A stretch of DNA of 63,515 bases, the filler included, from Collodictyon triciliatum (Eukaryota), in assembly GCA_043381765.1 (NCBI GenBank). It is 16 parts of 16 records of this genome, joined end to end, with 100 filler letters (N's around TTAATTAATTAA, not from the genome) between each part and the next. Parts side by side here need not be neighbours in the genome. Positions count along the whole stretch, not along the records: positions 47,740 to 51,610 come from JBHJMP010006773.1; positions 51,711 to 55,579 come from JBHJMP010006774.1; positions 55,680 to 59,548 come from JBHJMP010006775.1; positions 59,649 to 63,515 come from JBHJMP010006776.1; 12 more parts are not named here. One strand, given 5' to 3'. Positions 49,347 through 63,515 of this stretch are shown here, piece by piece; position 1 is the stretch's first letter, and each line of letters opens with the position of its first letter. The translations under genes were made by a program, and so were the position numbers. The notes under the pieces were generated by a model, which was not told where the DNA came from, searched no databases, and was given only the letters and a program-made list of their open reading frames with translations.

Positions 49347-51482
49347 ATGGCTTCCCAACCTCGGATCATTGCCGGGGTCCTCAGCTTGTTGCTCTTGTGC
49401 GCAACACAAACATTTGCCTACGAATGCTACGAGGGACAATGTGCCCAGATCGAGGCTGAAGTTGCCGCACAAACAAAGTTTGTCATATTTTTATGCACTG
49501 CCCACTTATCATATTATTGACCCCGACTTCAGCTTCGCCTCTCTCTCTCTCTCTCTTCTCACGAACCTTTCTGACTGCCCTTTGCTATGCCGACTTTATG
49601 AGCTGCATCTGAGTTCCCTCTGAAACTTAACCTTGCTTTCTCTTATCTTTATTTTATTTCGTCTGAATGTTCTCACAGTTCATTGTGCATACATGTTGTT
49701 TACCTTCTCCTAATTACACGGGGCTCTGGCAACATAACAGTCGAATAGACACAACTTTAAGTTTGGGAACGAGCCAAGTCCTCATAGTAATTTTATTTTC
49801 CATTCCTTAAAAAGTCAAACTAAGTTCACCATCGGGGATCGCATCTTCAGCGCAATGTATCTTCAAACCATCGTCACAAAAAACGTCAGCGAGTCTATCA
49901 CCTATTCTTACCTGACTTACCGTGCAAAATTCTACCCCGAAGTTGACCAATTCTCTGTGATGCGCTCTCCAGGAAGTATGTTTTTATGAGAAGACTTTTT
50001 TTTTCTTCCTTTATTCGATTCAAAGTTTTAAGAGAAGACCTTATTCTGATATGAACTTGTCGCATTTATTCGCTATATTATTCTATTCCAAATTAGTTGA
50101 CTTATATTATGCAAAGCCTCTATATTCTCAAATACGCAGTTTTATTTCTCTCTTTTCTAACCGGGTCGTTTCTGGAAGAATACTATTTGTTCATCGTCTT
50201 TTCACATACTTTACGATGAGGGGATGTCTGGCTCTTTTGTAATTGGCCAACTCTTACAATTCTTTCTAGGCGGAGCAATAATGGACAATGCTGGAGGTTT
50301 CTCCAGTTACATTTTTGCAGAAGTGAACGGCTTCTTCACCTGCAAGCGCCCGCATTACAAAAACTCTAGGGAATTTAACTCTTTTTACACTGTGGTTGCA
50401 ACCCTCGAAGATGGGAAAGTTGACAAGGTCGAATGGAGTGATGGTGCCAAGTGCTCTGTTTCCAGTAATTTTTTCAAATTATTTCTCGCCCTGTGATATC
50501 TTCAAGTTTATCTTCTTTGAATTGAATAAAGGAAAATAATCTTTAAGTCTATTTTTTTTTTAAAAAAAGAAAATTGTTTAGCATAGCACGTAACACTTCC
50601 TTTATTTTACAAAACTCTATCTTGCTGATAGCATTTTTGTTTTATTTTGTTTTGATGTGCTGTATTTTACATGACATTTACTTTGGTCTTGTGTTTTAAA
50701 AGATGACTGTATTTACAAAGTTACAGCAGCCTGTAACTTTAAATTTCAATAGGTACAAATAACTGCACACTTTCCGTGACGCCTTCATGCACAAGCAGTT
50801 ACTGCAGCTATAACAATATTCCTATTTGCAATGAAAAGACCTTTCCTGATGATAAGGTTTTAATTGACAAAGAGTCTGCTAATTGCCCAGAAAGCAAAGA
50901 GTGTGACCCCAAGGTACACTTTCGTTTCCATCAATGCGAGTATATTTACATATACATCTTTATACTGCTCTATAGAACTATACCTATCTCTAAGTCGCCT
51001 GAAAAACACATGCAGATATATCTGGCTTTTATCGGACCAGACAAGAATGGAGACCCCACGACAAGCACCAGTAAGTGGTGACAATATGATTTTTAATAAA
51101 ACTCTCCTCAATCAACAACGAATCACATACGGAGGGATTTTTGCTACCCATTCAATTAGAATTCTTTTCAACTATTACTTGACGTTGATATCGTTATTGC
51201 TTCTATTTTCCTTGGTATCGCTCATAACCCCAAGCAACTCACCCTTTTCTATATCTATGGATGGAAATACATATTTCCTACTTTACTAACTAATTCCTCA
51301 TCTTCATATATAATCAAGACCTCATCTTCAGCAACTTTCAATCTTTTGGTGTGGACTACAGTCAATTAGTCAAATCCGCCACAAAGATTGGAGCGTCCAT
51401 CCCCTACGATGATGTAAGGATAGCATATCTCAAATAGCCTTTCGATACTATTACATGCTCATAGAATTTCTCAGATAACTAG
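49347..51482 (+). CDS. Secreted Cys-containing protein resembling the plant/protist Expp1-like family, multi-exon
   Basis: Signal peptide MASQPRIIAGVLSLLLLCATQTFA; FYPEVDQFSVM; FYTVVATLEDGKVDKVEWSDG; CDPK|IYLAFIGPDKNG...FSNFQSF. The family call is from recalled motifs and the last exon is uncertain. Confidence 0.6.
49982..50039 (-). mobile_element. Ultra-short retro-insertion with 14-bp TSD, just inside an intron donor
   Basis: TTTTATGAGAAGAC and TTTTAAGAGAAGAC flank (T)nCTTCCTTTATTCGATTCAAAG. Confidence 0.8.
50498..50552 (+). mobile_element. Ultra-short retro-insertion with diverged 14-bp TSD
   Basis: ATCTTCAAGTTTAT and ATCTTTAAGTCTAT flank CTTCTTTGAATTGAATAAAGGAAAATA. Confidence 0.7.
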
Positions 51483-51517
51483 CAATTGGGTTCCACCTGA
51501 AAGATACGGACACAATT

Positions 51518-51609
<92 letters not shown>

Positions 51610-54033
51610 TNNNNNNNNNNNNNNNNNNNNNNNNNNNNNNNNNNNNNNNNNNNNTTAATTAATTAANNNNNNNNNNNNNNNNNNNNNNNNNNNNNNNNNN
51701 NNNNNNNNNNGTCTTTTTTATGTCTTTTTTATGTCTTTTTTATGTCTTTTTTATGTCTTTTTTATGTCTTTTTTATGTCTTTTTTATGTCTTTTTTATGT
51801 CTTTTATGTTTTTTATGTTTTTTTGTCATGTGTGCCTAATACATTCAGTGTGTCAACTTTGCTTTTGACAAATATTATGTATGTGCTTAGTTTCGAGTCT
51901 GACTTTGTCGGGGCGAGTCTCGGGATTGCTCCGAGTTTATTATGTTGTGATTGCCAAAGAAGCAGACAACATTGTACCGTTTCTTAAGTTCATATCCTAT
52001 TCCGGAAACTAAATCAAATGTTAGCTTTTTTGTTCGCAACACTCATCTTAGCGCTTACTCGGTGCAATCTTCCATAGTACGAACAGCATGATTCTATTTG
52101 TTCTTGGCATAAAGGTGTTTCCGATCATATGCTCCTTAATAAAAGGATGTTATTATTTGTCGGGTTTTAAATCATCACAATTTCAGTGCGCTGTCTTAAG
52201 ACATCACGTCAGTGTTCTATGGAACTAGTGGGTGGATAGTGCTGGTGACTGTGGAGCAATTTTTGTTACAAATCAAAAAGGAATAGTAGATTGCATTTTC
52301 CTGTTTGTTTGTAACCCGATTCTAGAAATAGCCACCAAACGTGTTTATTTCACGATATTATGCATATTTTAGATTAACTTTCAATACTACCTTATGGTAT
52401 TTCCTGATGGATTACATTTGAGTCTTGCATGAGACATTGTATCCGAATCTGTATCATATTTGGCGTTTTCAATAACTCCTTTCATGAAAAAGAGTATATT
52501 CCATATTTATATTGAATAAAAGTAAACATTTGGTTTGTTACAAAAGCATTCCAACAGAGAACATTTTTCCTGTCTTAAAAAAATAACTAAATATCTATCT
52601 CATGTTTCAACGATATTTTTACCTAATTTTTTTCCTTTTCTCGATTCAAAGTTTTATCTGCATATATTATATTGCCAGAAAATCTGCCTTTCGGTATAAT
52701 CATATAGAAAAATGGTTATTTTCCTTTGCTCTTCAGCATTTATTAGATCCGTGACCAATTAGTCATGAAATTATCTAACTTCAAAAGTATTTTTAAATAC
52801 GATATTGGAGTCATACAGCTCGACTTATCAAACTCTCCAGTGGTATACTTTTTACATACATTACAAAATAAGAAAAAACGTCATTCAGGCAATATACTTT
52901 CAAGATTTAAATTCATACATCCACCGAATGTTGTCACCCATGTAGAACTTACGTTTTTCATGAGTGTTCATTGTGTAATTCATCTACAATTAACAAGGGA
53001 TTATTTATGTTCATCTTCAATAAGACTACAATAGTGTCGCATTATGGGTAAGGCAAGAATAAGAGCTAAATTTGGTGCAATTTTTAATTCACTTTGGTCC
53101 ATCAAAATATAAAGCGAATGAAGCACGCAAAGAGAATTTCTTTGTATAATTGTTTTGTTATGTTATGTGTTGTTTTTCTTTATATCGATCATTTTCACAA
53201 CTAGAAAAGTCTTTTTTTTTTTCATTTATGTATTTTTTTCGTCCTTTAAATCCAACTATTAGTTGTTTTCATAAGCCCCAAATTTATCTAGAAATTCTTT
53301 TTCCTTATCAAATCCATGATAATATATGAAGCATCCACCACTGTTTATATAATCATCGAATGAAATGTTCAGTCATCCTTCAACAAGATGATGATTATGG
53401 ACAGAATAAAATCCGGGTTGTGTTAACGTCTCATATAAAAGACACATCCCGCCATCATTAAATTATTGACAAAGTGAAAATAGCATAAATACTAAGCTCT
53501 TGCCTCCAGTTAGGTCTGCACACCGACTGAGCGTTTCGCGGTTTAATAGTCTGTGTAAGATTTGAAGTGTTCTAAAAATTTGCCTCTGTATGAACTCATG
53601 CACAATCAAATAAGTAAGTCCCCTTAACCTTTTACAATCACATTGAATTTTTCAGTTTATATTCAAATGATTATTGTGATGACAGTTTGTTTTCTATTTG
53701 ATATGGAAGTGAATATACCTTTCTAATTATGCGTCTATGATTCATCCACCCACCCATCCGTCCACCCATCCGTCCACCCACCCACACCGACTCAAATATC
53801 AAAATTATATTTACTTCCCAACATGAATGAAAGCTCTCAGCATCACAAAAATCGTTGACAAATGAGCTAGACGAAAAAAGGAGGCGGTATATCAACACCC
53901 ACACAAAAAAAAGCCCTAAAATTTCTTTCATACCATATTTAGAATTAATTTTTGGAAATTATGTAAATTTCTTATTTTTCAGGAAACCTCCTTTTCTATT
54001 CGCCCATATTTCTGTATTTACAAGCAAAATATA

Positions 54034-54140
54034 AGAAGTATCAAAAATTTTGATTGGCAAACCTGGAGCACTAGTATCCAAGCTCTCAATCCACTTTTTC
54101 ACAGAGATTGCGTAGTGGTGAAGGCTGCCAGGAAAGACAT
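54034..54140 (-). ncRNA. Candidate Fanzor omegaRNA scaffold (copy 2)
   Basis: Shares CCTGGCAGCCTTCACCACT, AAAAAGTGG, CTTGGATACTAG, CCAGGTT and GATACTTCT with 7480-7575. Confidence 0.5.
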
Positions 54141-55487
54141 AACAGCCTGTTTTTTAGATGAAAATGTATGCATTTTTTGAAGGATTGAAAAAACTTTCTT
54201 GAGTATATCATTATCGCTGGTAAAGTCCCTTGTCAAGAATACACTTGGTTTGCTTTCTGGGCGATTGCATTCTTTACATATGAGACATCTATACACATTT
54301 TTTGAACTCCTTTTCAGTTGCATATATTCCAGTTCTTTTTCGCAGTTGCAGCACATATTGGAGGTTCTAAATCCATTTACAATAACTGTTTCAAAACGTT
54401 TGGATGCTATTTTTCGTAATCCTCTTCCGATTGTCGGCATAAAGTGTTTCATCTGAGATTTTCTGCTCCAGTCTCCATACGCCACTACAACATCATTGCC
54501 AAATGTTTTTTCGATTCGGTTCATAAACAATTGTTCACTTCTTTTTGTGTTAACATACTGTCCCCATATCATCTTTCGAAAAGTTACTTGTTCATAAAAT
54601 CTGGATAGTTCTATCTGGTATTTTGATTCCATAGATACATATTTTCGAAATTTTTCATAATCGAGCGTGCATGAATTATATTAATCCAGTTCTGTCTCTA
54701 AATCGATTAAAGATGCCCTTGATGTTTCAAACCGCTGATTCTCTTAAAAAGTGATTTGACGAAAAGAAACAGCACTTTGTAAATCTGTTGCCATGCATAT
54801 CCCTGAAGCCTTGTACTTTTCTTTTTCGCGCAAGAGTATTTTGTGATTTTTAAGAGATTTGCTATCATGTCTTCTTTGGTGTGCCGTGTAACGTGATTTC
54901 TTACCTGTCTCATCCACCATGTAAACCAAATTAAACTTGCCTGCGTCCACTTCAACTATTATTTTTGTCGCTAGTAAGGATAACTGCTCTTCGGAAAGCT
55001 CATATATATATAAACATGTTCTTAGGTTTTTGATTATATTGGATTTAGAATTTGAAATACTTTTCTTTTCAAACAATAATGACACTGCCAAGCCGTCTGT
55101 CTGTATCGTGTATTTAAAATTGTAGTCTCTTTGATGAAAGACCCTCTTTTTCATTTCAAAGAAATCATCCCATAGGTCTCTTTGCATCCTGATATATTCT
55201 TCAGTAATGATGTTTTTCCAGATAATACTAAAATATCTACCAAATATGCAGTATCTAGAGTAATATGACATGATATATTGTTAGTTCTTCTAGTGATTGG
55301 TTGAAACAGTTTGGTTCCATTGTCCTCAAAAATGCGATTCATGTAAATCAAACATGGAATGTGCTTATTTGGATTGACTTTGACGTCATATTCGATACCA
55401 TTTACAATATCGCTGGGAATGATATGACGCAAATGGATTATAGCCAATCCTGTATATTGTTCCGGTATTTCGAGATTCTTGAAGATG

Positions 55488-55489
<2 letters not shown>
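54099..55489 (-). pseudogene. Fanzor1-like RNA-guided nuclease, frameshifted, 5'-partial (copy 2)
   Basis: Three ORF pieces: YDVKVNP...IYMN...KLFQPI.RRTNNI..HITLDT; F.YTIQTDGLAVSLLF; RuvC-I IVEVDAGKFNL; YGDWS...PTIGRGLRK; RuvC-II VNGFRTS (E replaced by G); Zn finger CCNC...CKEC; RuvC-III TRDFTS. Confidence 0.92.
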
Positions 55490-55579
<90 letters not shown>

Positions 55580-55679
55580 NNNNNNNNNNNNNNNNNNNNN
55601 NNNNNNNNNNNNNNNNNNNNNNNTTAATTAATTAANNNNNNNNNNNNNNNNNNNNNNNNNNNNNNNNNNNNNNNNNNNN

Positions 55680-57230
55680 GCTTTTTTGTCAGACTATTCT
55701 ACCCGAGGTGGTTCAGCTCCAACGCGATTTCTGGTTGTATTCGAGACTGACAGAAGAGCGGATAAAGTTGTCGGGTCGATGAAAGTACGCACATGAAAGT
55801 TACTTCTCAAATCGATTCCGGCGAGTCCTTTCAACAATCTATCTCAGACAAGGTTTACATCCTATTTCAATCCACTGCATGAGTCTTTTGAGGGGACAAT
55901 GGGTCACTTTCCTTGCATTTCTTGCTGGGCGACTCTGATAAAAAGCGATGCATCGCTGTTTGTCTGGTATTATCGGAAGTGGCGCTTGACCGTCCCCTGG
56001 TTTCGGGACCATGCGTAGCCGGCAGTGGACTTTGCTTTACCGGAGTATGGATATGCGTTTGTGGTTTTAGAAACATACGCTCCTGCTTGCTCGGACTGTC
56101 TTTGGTGTGCGATGTTCCAAGCTTGGATTCGACTTGTGCTGTTTGCTCTTTCTCCTTGGTTCTTGGTGCGACGGGCTGGGGCAGGATAAACGGACTATCT
56201 TTGGTGGGCGCTGGTTCTTGTGCTGCCTTCGCTTTGGAGTATCCTTTCGGATAAGTAACGATGACTGCCTTGATGCCTCCTATGTTAACCATATTCACGT
56301 CAGTCTGAATGGGTAGTTTAACTGGGATTTCTTTCGGGGTATGGAGATGCGCTGCTCTTGGGTCTTGTGATGTGCGGACTTGTCCGGTGTTGGCGGTGGA
56401 GGGCTCGAGTGCGAGGATTCTGAAGAGGAACCGAGATTTCCTTCCATGTCATTGTCGCTGTCTCTGTATGCACGTATCTGCTGTGAATCTTGCGGACTCA
56501 GTTGTTGCCTGGCCTTGGCTTCCTTGACCCCGTTGCTGCCTGTCTGCTTGGCAGATGTATTCTTTTGCGAAGGTTTTTACTTGTCATTCGTTGTTCGCGG
56601 CTGGTGGACGCTCTTTGAGGATGCGCTTTGGACACTTTTTGCCCATGACCGTAAACTTTGCAGGGAGCTGGTTCTTATGGCAAAGAAGCTTCACCACGGC
56701 CGTGTCTGTGAAGAAGCCTTTGTCCTTTTTGATGTCCACGTGGGTCGGTCTGAACGGCTTCAGCTCCTCACGAAGGAGTTGCGGTCACACATCCAGCGGT
56801 AGTTGGTGGAGCATCACCGAGGTCTTTGTTAGTTTACTTTTGCTGAAGCTGATCATAATATCGCTCAAACTTATCTGCTTCGGCTCTAGAAGCTTTCGGG
56901 CGTTTTCTGCAGCGCGGAAGGCGATCAGGCAAAGGCCTTCGCTGTCCGGTAAGCGCAGATGGATGGACTCTTCCCAAAGTTTGTTCGCTTTCAAGAAGGA
57001 GGCGAGCGCATCTGTGGCCTGCGGGCTTTGTTCTTGTTGTAAACGACTTGCTCGACCCGTGCAAAAATACTGTCCGATCAGACAGACTTGCAGGCGGCTT
57101 CCTTGCACGGGTCTTCCTAGACTTACGTGCAACTCGGGGTGTTTCGCACCGATGTTGGGACCAGAAGAACTGGCTGCAACTTGCGAAGCCTTCGACGGGC
57201 CGCGGATTGTCTTTTCCATCAGGCGCGGGA
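55680..57230 (-). mobile_element. Decayed LINE-like ORF1 (RRM-like N-half, low-complexity C-half)
   Basis: LCLIAFRAAENARKLL...TSVMLHQLPLDV*PQLLREELKPF, with TGG changed to TGA relative to the 35523 copy. Two other partial copies in the window; architecture parallels the APE-linked ORF1 at 1649-3584. Confidence 0.65.
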
Positions 57231-58237
57231 TGTTAGAGAAAATCTATTTAGTTTGTTTCTGCTGCCCCTCATATGATGTATCCTGCAGTTCATGATGAAA
57301 ACCACATGGGTTCTGGTTGCGAAGTTGTGATGCTCCCACCATAAAGCAAACAGCAGTGTCTAAAGTTGCAAAATAAGAATCTACCATTGAGCCTCTTAAT
57401 CTCAGCACTCACTGTTACATCATTCATCGCCTATAATAATCCCTCCGTATTTCAGGTATAATTCAATCAGAAATTAAACCATTTCTACCCTATAAACTTT
57501 GCGTACAGTCCATGGGATTAGTAGTATTGTTGGAGGGTCATCCTATAAATAAAATTGTGCAATCGATTGTCTAAAGAGAAAGGGAAAATATCAATAACAA
57601 AAATTATAGAAATTCAGGTGTGATATAGCCTTTTCATTACGATTCCTTAATTGCCACCTAAGTTATTGTACTAATGGTGTGGAGTTTACTGATAAATTTT
57701 TTTTTTCTAAATGTTCTTTAATGCTCTTTGAATATATTTTGCAGTATATAATAGCATCAATCCAAATTAAAATCATGAAATATTTCTAGCATTGAAGCAT
57801 ACAGCTCTAATACTCGGAGTGAAATGAACCTATATTCATCGCCAGCAATAAATGAGGCATCTGAAATGCCTTACACACTCAGGATAGACCCAAATAATCA
57901 GTTGAATCTCACGAAAATGTATGGATATTTCACCTCACATAAAATAATACTCACGAAACCATATTTCCTCAGCCTTTTCAATCGGTTTCAGTGTTTTAAT
58001 GAAAATAAAAGGTATCTTTAGAATAAATACCCAGTTTCGATCACTAAATATAAGATGGGCTAATAAGTAAGAATCAGAGATAAGAGGACATAGACATATA
58101 TACATAGTGCGTAGTAAGTGGTTTATAGTGTGCGAAGCTTGTCTCAAGAGGGTCAAATGTATAAAGAAACGTAATTAAAATTTTCCTCTCTCTTTTTTCT
58201 TCCAAAACTAACTTAGTCATTGAGGAAGAAAGAAATT

Positions 58238-58915
58238 ATGTCATTCCTACGATCAAAGCGGACATTCGCCGCTTTCATCTTTGTGTTGCTGGTTGCTTTG
58301 GCTCTCAACATTCCAGGAGAGGTGGAACGGGTGGATTACCCAGTTAAAAAGTGCGATTTTTCAAACGACCAGTTTATGTCATGCGCTATGAATGGCACGC
58401 TTACCTGTTTTCAGACCAATGGGTGTTCCCAAATTCACTTTTTCCAGCCATATGAGTGCACAAACGACGAGGATAGTAGATTTGGATACAAAGCCCTAGT
58501 AAGACTTAACTTTGTAATCTTGGGTGCCTTTGGAGTGATATTGTTTTTCATCTATGTCTGGAAGACTTCAGAGTCGGTACTCTTTTTTTGTATAGCCGGT
58601 ATCTCTAGTTTTGTTCTTGGATGGTTTTGGATTCAGTTGGTCATTCAAGTTAACAGAAATATCAAAGCTAGTGATGGTAATATAGATGCTGGTTGCTCCA
58701 CTACCATCAATTTTGGAGGAGATTTTCTGACCTTATTACAATCCACCTTGGCCTCGTCCATCATCATATTGATCGTCACTGCCCCAATTGCCGGTGTCTG
58801 TGCATTTTGCTTGCTCGCAATCGCAACTTGCTTTATATTAAGTTGCCTTTCAAAAAATGGATCAGAAAATAAGGCCTCGGAATACGTCCTGGTGATTTTC
58901 TCGACAACCTCATAA
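58238..58915 (+). CDS. Intronless multi-pass membrane protein of unknown function
   Basis: ATG at 58238; N-terminal hydrophobic segment, Cys-rich loop, three further hydrophobic segments. A frameshift near the 3' end is possible. Confidence 0.6.
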   Translation: MSFLRSKRTFAAFIFVLLVALALNIPGEVERVDYPVKKCDFSNDQFMSCAMNGTLTCFQTNGCSQIHFFQPYECTNDEDSRFGYKALVRLNFVILGAFGVILFFIYVWKTSESVLFFCIAGISSFVLGWFWIQLVIQVNRNIKASDGNIDAGCSTTINFGGDFLTLLQSTLASSIIILIVTAPIAGVCAFCLLAIATCFILSCLSKNGSENKASEYVLVIFSTTS

Positions 58916-59257
58916 AATCGCCTTTAACTGGTGCTATGGGCTTTGCTTTCAGCACGGAAAAGTCACACTCTTTTTCTGTTCCTATTGAAATCATCTCAGC
59001 TTTCAAAACCGCCACAATAAGACACATAATAAAATGAAAGAGAGCGAAGTTACAAACACTCACATAGTTTGCTAGTGTTCCTGTTTGCGCTGTTTTTTCC
59101 ATTTTTTTTTTGAAAAATAGTTCAAATTGAGGATGTCTCAGATTATAATAATCAGCATTCCCTCTTTTGATAAATTAAAAAAGCTGCAACACTACAAAGG
59201 GCCATAAAGCAAATATCGATAACATAGCGCATAGTCATATATCTCACAGAAGATGAC

Positions 59258-59548
59258 TTGCAGGTAGTTCAGACGTTTGATTCAAACCTTAACCACATCT
59301 CATCGCACTATACTGGATTAATTATTTCAGACTCCTTGCACGGGCCTAGAGGTATTGCCATATCCAGTCATGGTCTGATTGCAATTGCAGATTGTGAAGG
59401 CCATTGCATAAAGCTCTTCACCGACAACTTCTTCCATGTGAAGACAATTGGTGGGAAGAAGGGCATGGGTAACGACCAGTTCAATCGCCCATACTCGGTT
59501 TCTTTCGACAGAGAAGATAACTTTTACGTGGCAGACTCTGGAAATCAA
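59258..59548 (+). CDS. NHL-repeat protein fragment
   Basis: LHGPRGIAISSHGLIAIADCEGHCIKLF; GMGNDQFNRPYSVSFDREDNFYVADSGN; cut by the contig end. Confidence 0.85.
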
Positions 59549-59648
59549 NNNNNNNNNNNNNNNNNNNNNNNNNNNNNNNNNNNNNNNNNNNNTTAATTAA
59601 TTAANNNNNNNNNNNNNNNNNNNNNNNNNNNNNNNNNNNNNNNNNNNN

Positions 59649-59908
59649 GAAGAAAAGAGAAGAAAAGAGAAGAAAAGAGAAGAAAAGAGAAGAAAAGAGA
59701 AGAAAAGAGAAGAAAAGAGAAGAAAAGAGAAGAAAAGAGAAGAAAAGAAAAGAAAAGAGAAGAAAAGAGAAGAAAAGAGAAGAAAAGAGAAGAAAAGAGA
59801 ACAAAACGAAGAAAAGAGAAGAAAAGGGAAGAAAAGAGAAGAAAAGAGAAGAAAAGAGAAGAAAAGAGAACAAAACGAAGAAAAGAGAAGAAAAGGGAAA
59901 AGGAAAGA
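59649..59908 (+). repeat. (GAAGAAAAGA)n decamer repeat
   Basis: Visible 10-nt periodicity at the contig start. Confidence 0.95.
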
Positions 59909-60715
59909 AATGACAACTATAGCACCCAAACGTTGCCCTTTTTCGTATCTGCAGGGGATGTTGGATGCATCGTGAAGAAAAAAGCCAAAACAGTTTTGAA
60001 TAAATTAGCCTAATCTGGAATATATACCACCCTTCATTCTCTGCAATTTTCTTCGAAAAGAAATGTGTCGGCCTAACGATGGATTTTTATGCACCAACCA
60101 AGGATGAAGGTACCCACAAAGAATCGCACAACAGCAATAACAATATGGGAAAATGCACTACCAAGCGTCACTGGGATTTGGATGTTCACACAGCGGTGGT
60201 ATTACTCAGTTTTTTAACTATTTTTTTTAAAAAAATTCCTCTTTTGCTGTTTTGTGAACAAGCTCAAGAAATGCGGGGTTTTGTATGGTGAAAAACAAAA
60301 ACAAAAACAAAAACAAAAACAAAAACAAAAACAAAAACAAAAACAAAAACAAAAACAAAAACAAAAACAAAAACAAAAACAAAAACGAAAAACAAAAACG
60401 AAAACGAAAAACAAAAACAAAAACAAAATATTATATCTTTCGGACTCATTCACAACCACACTCATATTGTGATGCTAAGCAAACTGATAGAAAAGTAAAA
60501 TGTAGAGGGAAAGATATGTCCTGTTTTTTTTTTGAATTCAAATTTTATGTTCGATTTTTGATATTCGAATACTAGAATTCAATAATGATTTCAATAGGTT
60601 GGTATAGATGGTGCTGTCTGAGACAAAGCATGGTTAAAAGATGAATGTATCATTTGATACACTTCGAATAGTCGCTCGATACCGTCCACCATCTCAGACT
60701 ATGATGGCCAAGGAA

Positions 60716-63258
<2,543 letters not shown>

Positions 63259-63415
63259 TAATATTCATCCAGCAGGAAAAAAATTTCCATTATCATCCAT
63301 TTAAACATGAAAATAATTTTCTATTCAATTCGAGCTTTAGGATTATCAACAAGTCGTGTATAATTCCTCACATCACTATCATATACACATATGGCACATG
63401 CTTTCGTTGCCCTCG

Positions 63416-63515
<100 letters not shown>

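Noticed and set aside
3885-59648. Functional linkage between AMT1, Fanzor, the array and the virus-like contig; TTAATTAATTAA as a biological motif
   Set aside because: Contigs are size-sorted and joined by a synthetic linker, so adjacency across spacers is meaningless.

Overview
This window is not one locus. It is 16 unrelated contigs of about 3.87-3.88 kb, sorted by decreasing length and joined by artificial N44-TTAATTAATTAA-N44 spacers, so nothing can be inferred from adjacency across spacers. The DNA is from an AT-rich, intron-dense, flagellated microbial eukaryote using the standard genetic code. Host genes, with exons assembled by eye: DRC7, a p24/TMED10-type cargo receptor, RPL13, a choline transporter-like protein, acylaminoacyl peptidase, a DHHC palmitoyltransferase, a Cys-rich repeat membrane protein broken by one in-frame TAG, an intron-containing bacterial-type OsmC, an intronless NADP-dependent alkenal reductase, an AMT1/MTA1-type DNA 6mA methyltransferase, a USP, an Expp1-like secreted protein, an NHL-repeat fragment and an HtrA protease. 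The mobile fraction is the most interesting part. (1) Two decayed Fanzor (eukaryotic TnpB) copies share a conserved, foldable 3' end, a candidate omegaRNA. (2) About ten ultra-short (20-40 nt) poly(A)-tailed insertions share the core CTTTGAATCGAATAAAGG, seven with visible 11-18 bp target-site duplications. (3) L1/Tx1-like LINE pieces are present (ORF1, APE start, ORF2 C-terminus, truncated 3' ends with TSDs). (4) A 54-bp tandem array alternates with a duplicated ~230-bp module. (5) One compact, intronless contig looks virus-like. All family assignments rest on motif recognition; no database searches were run.
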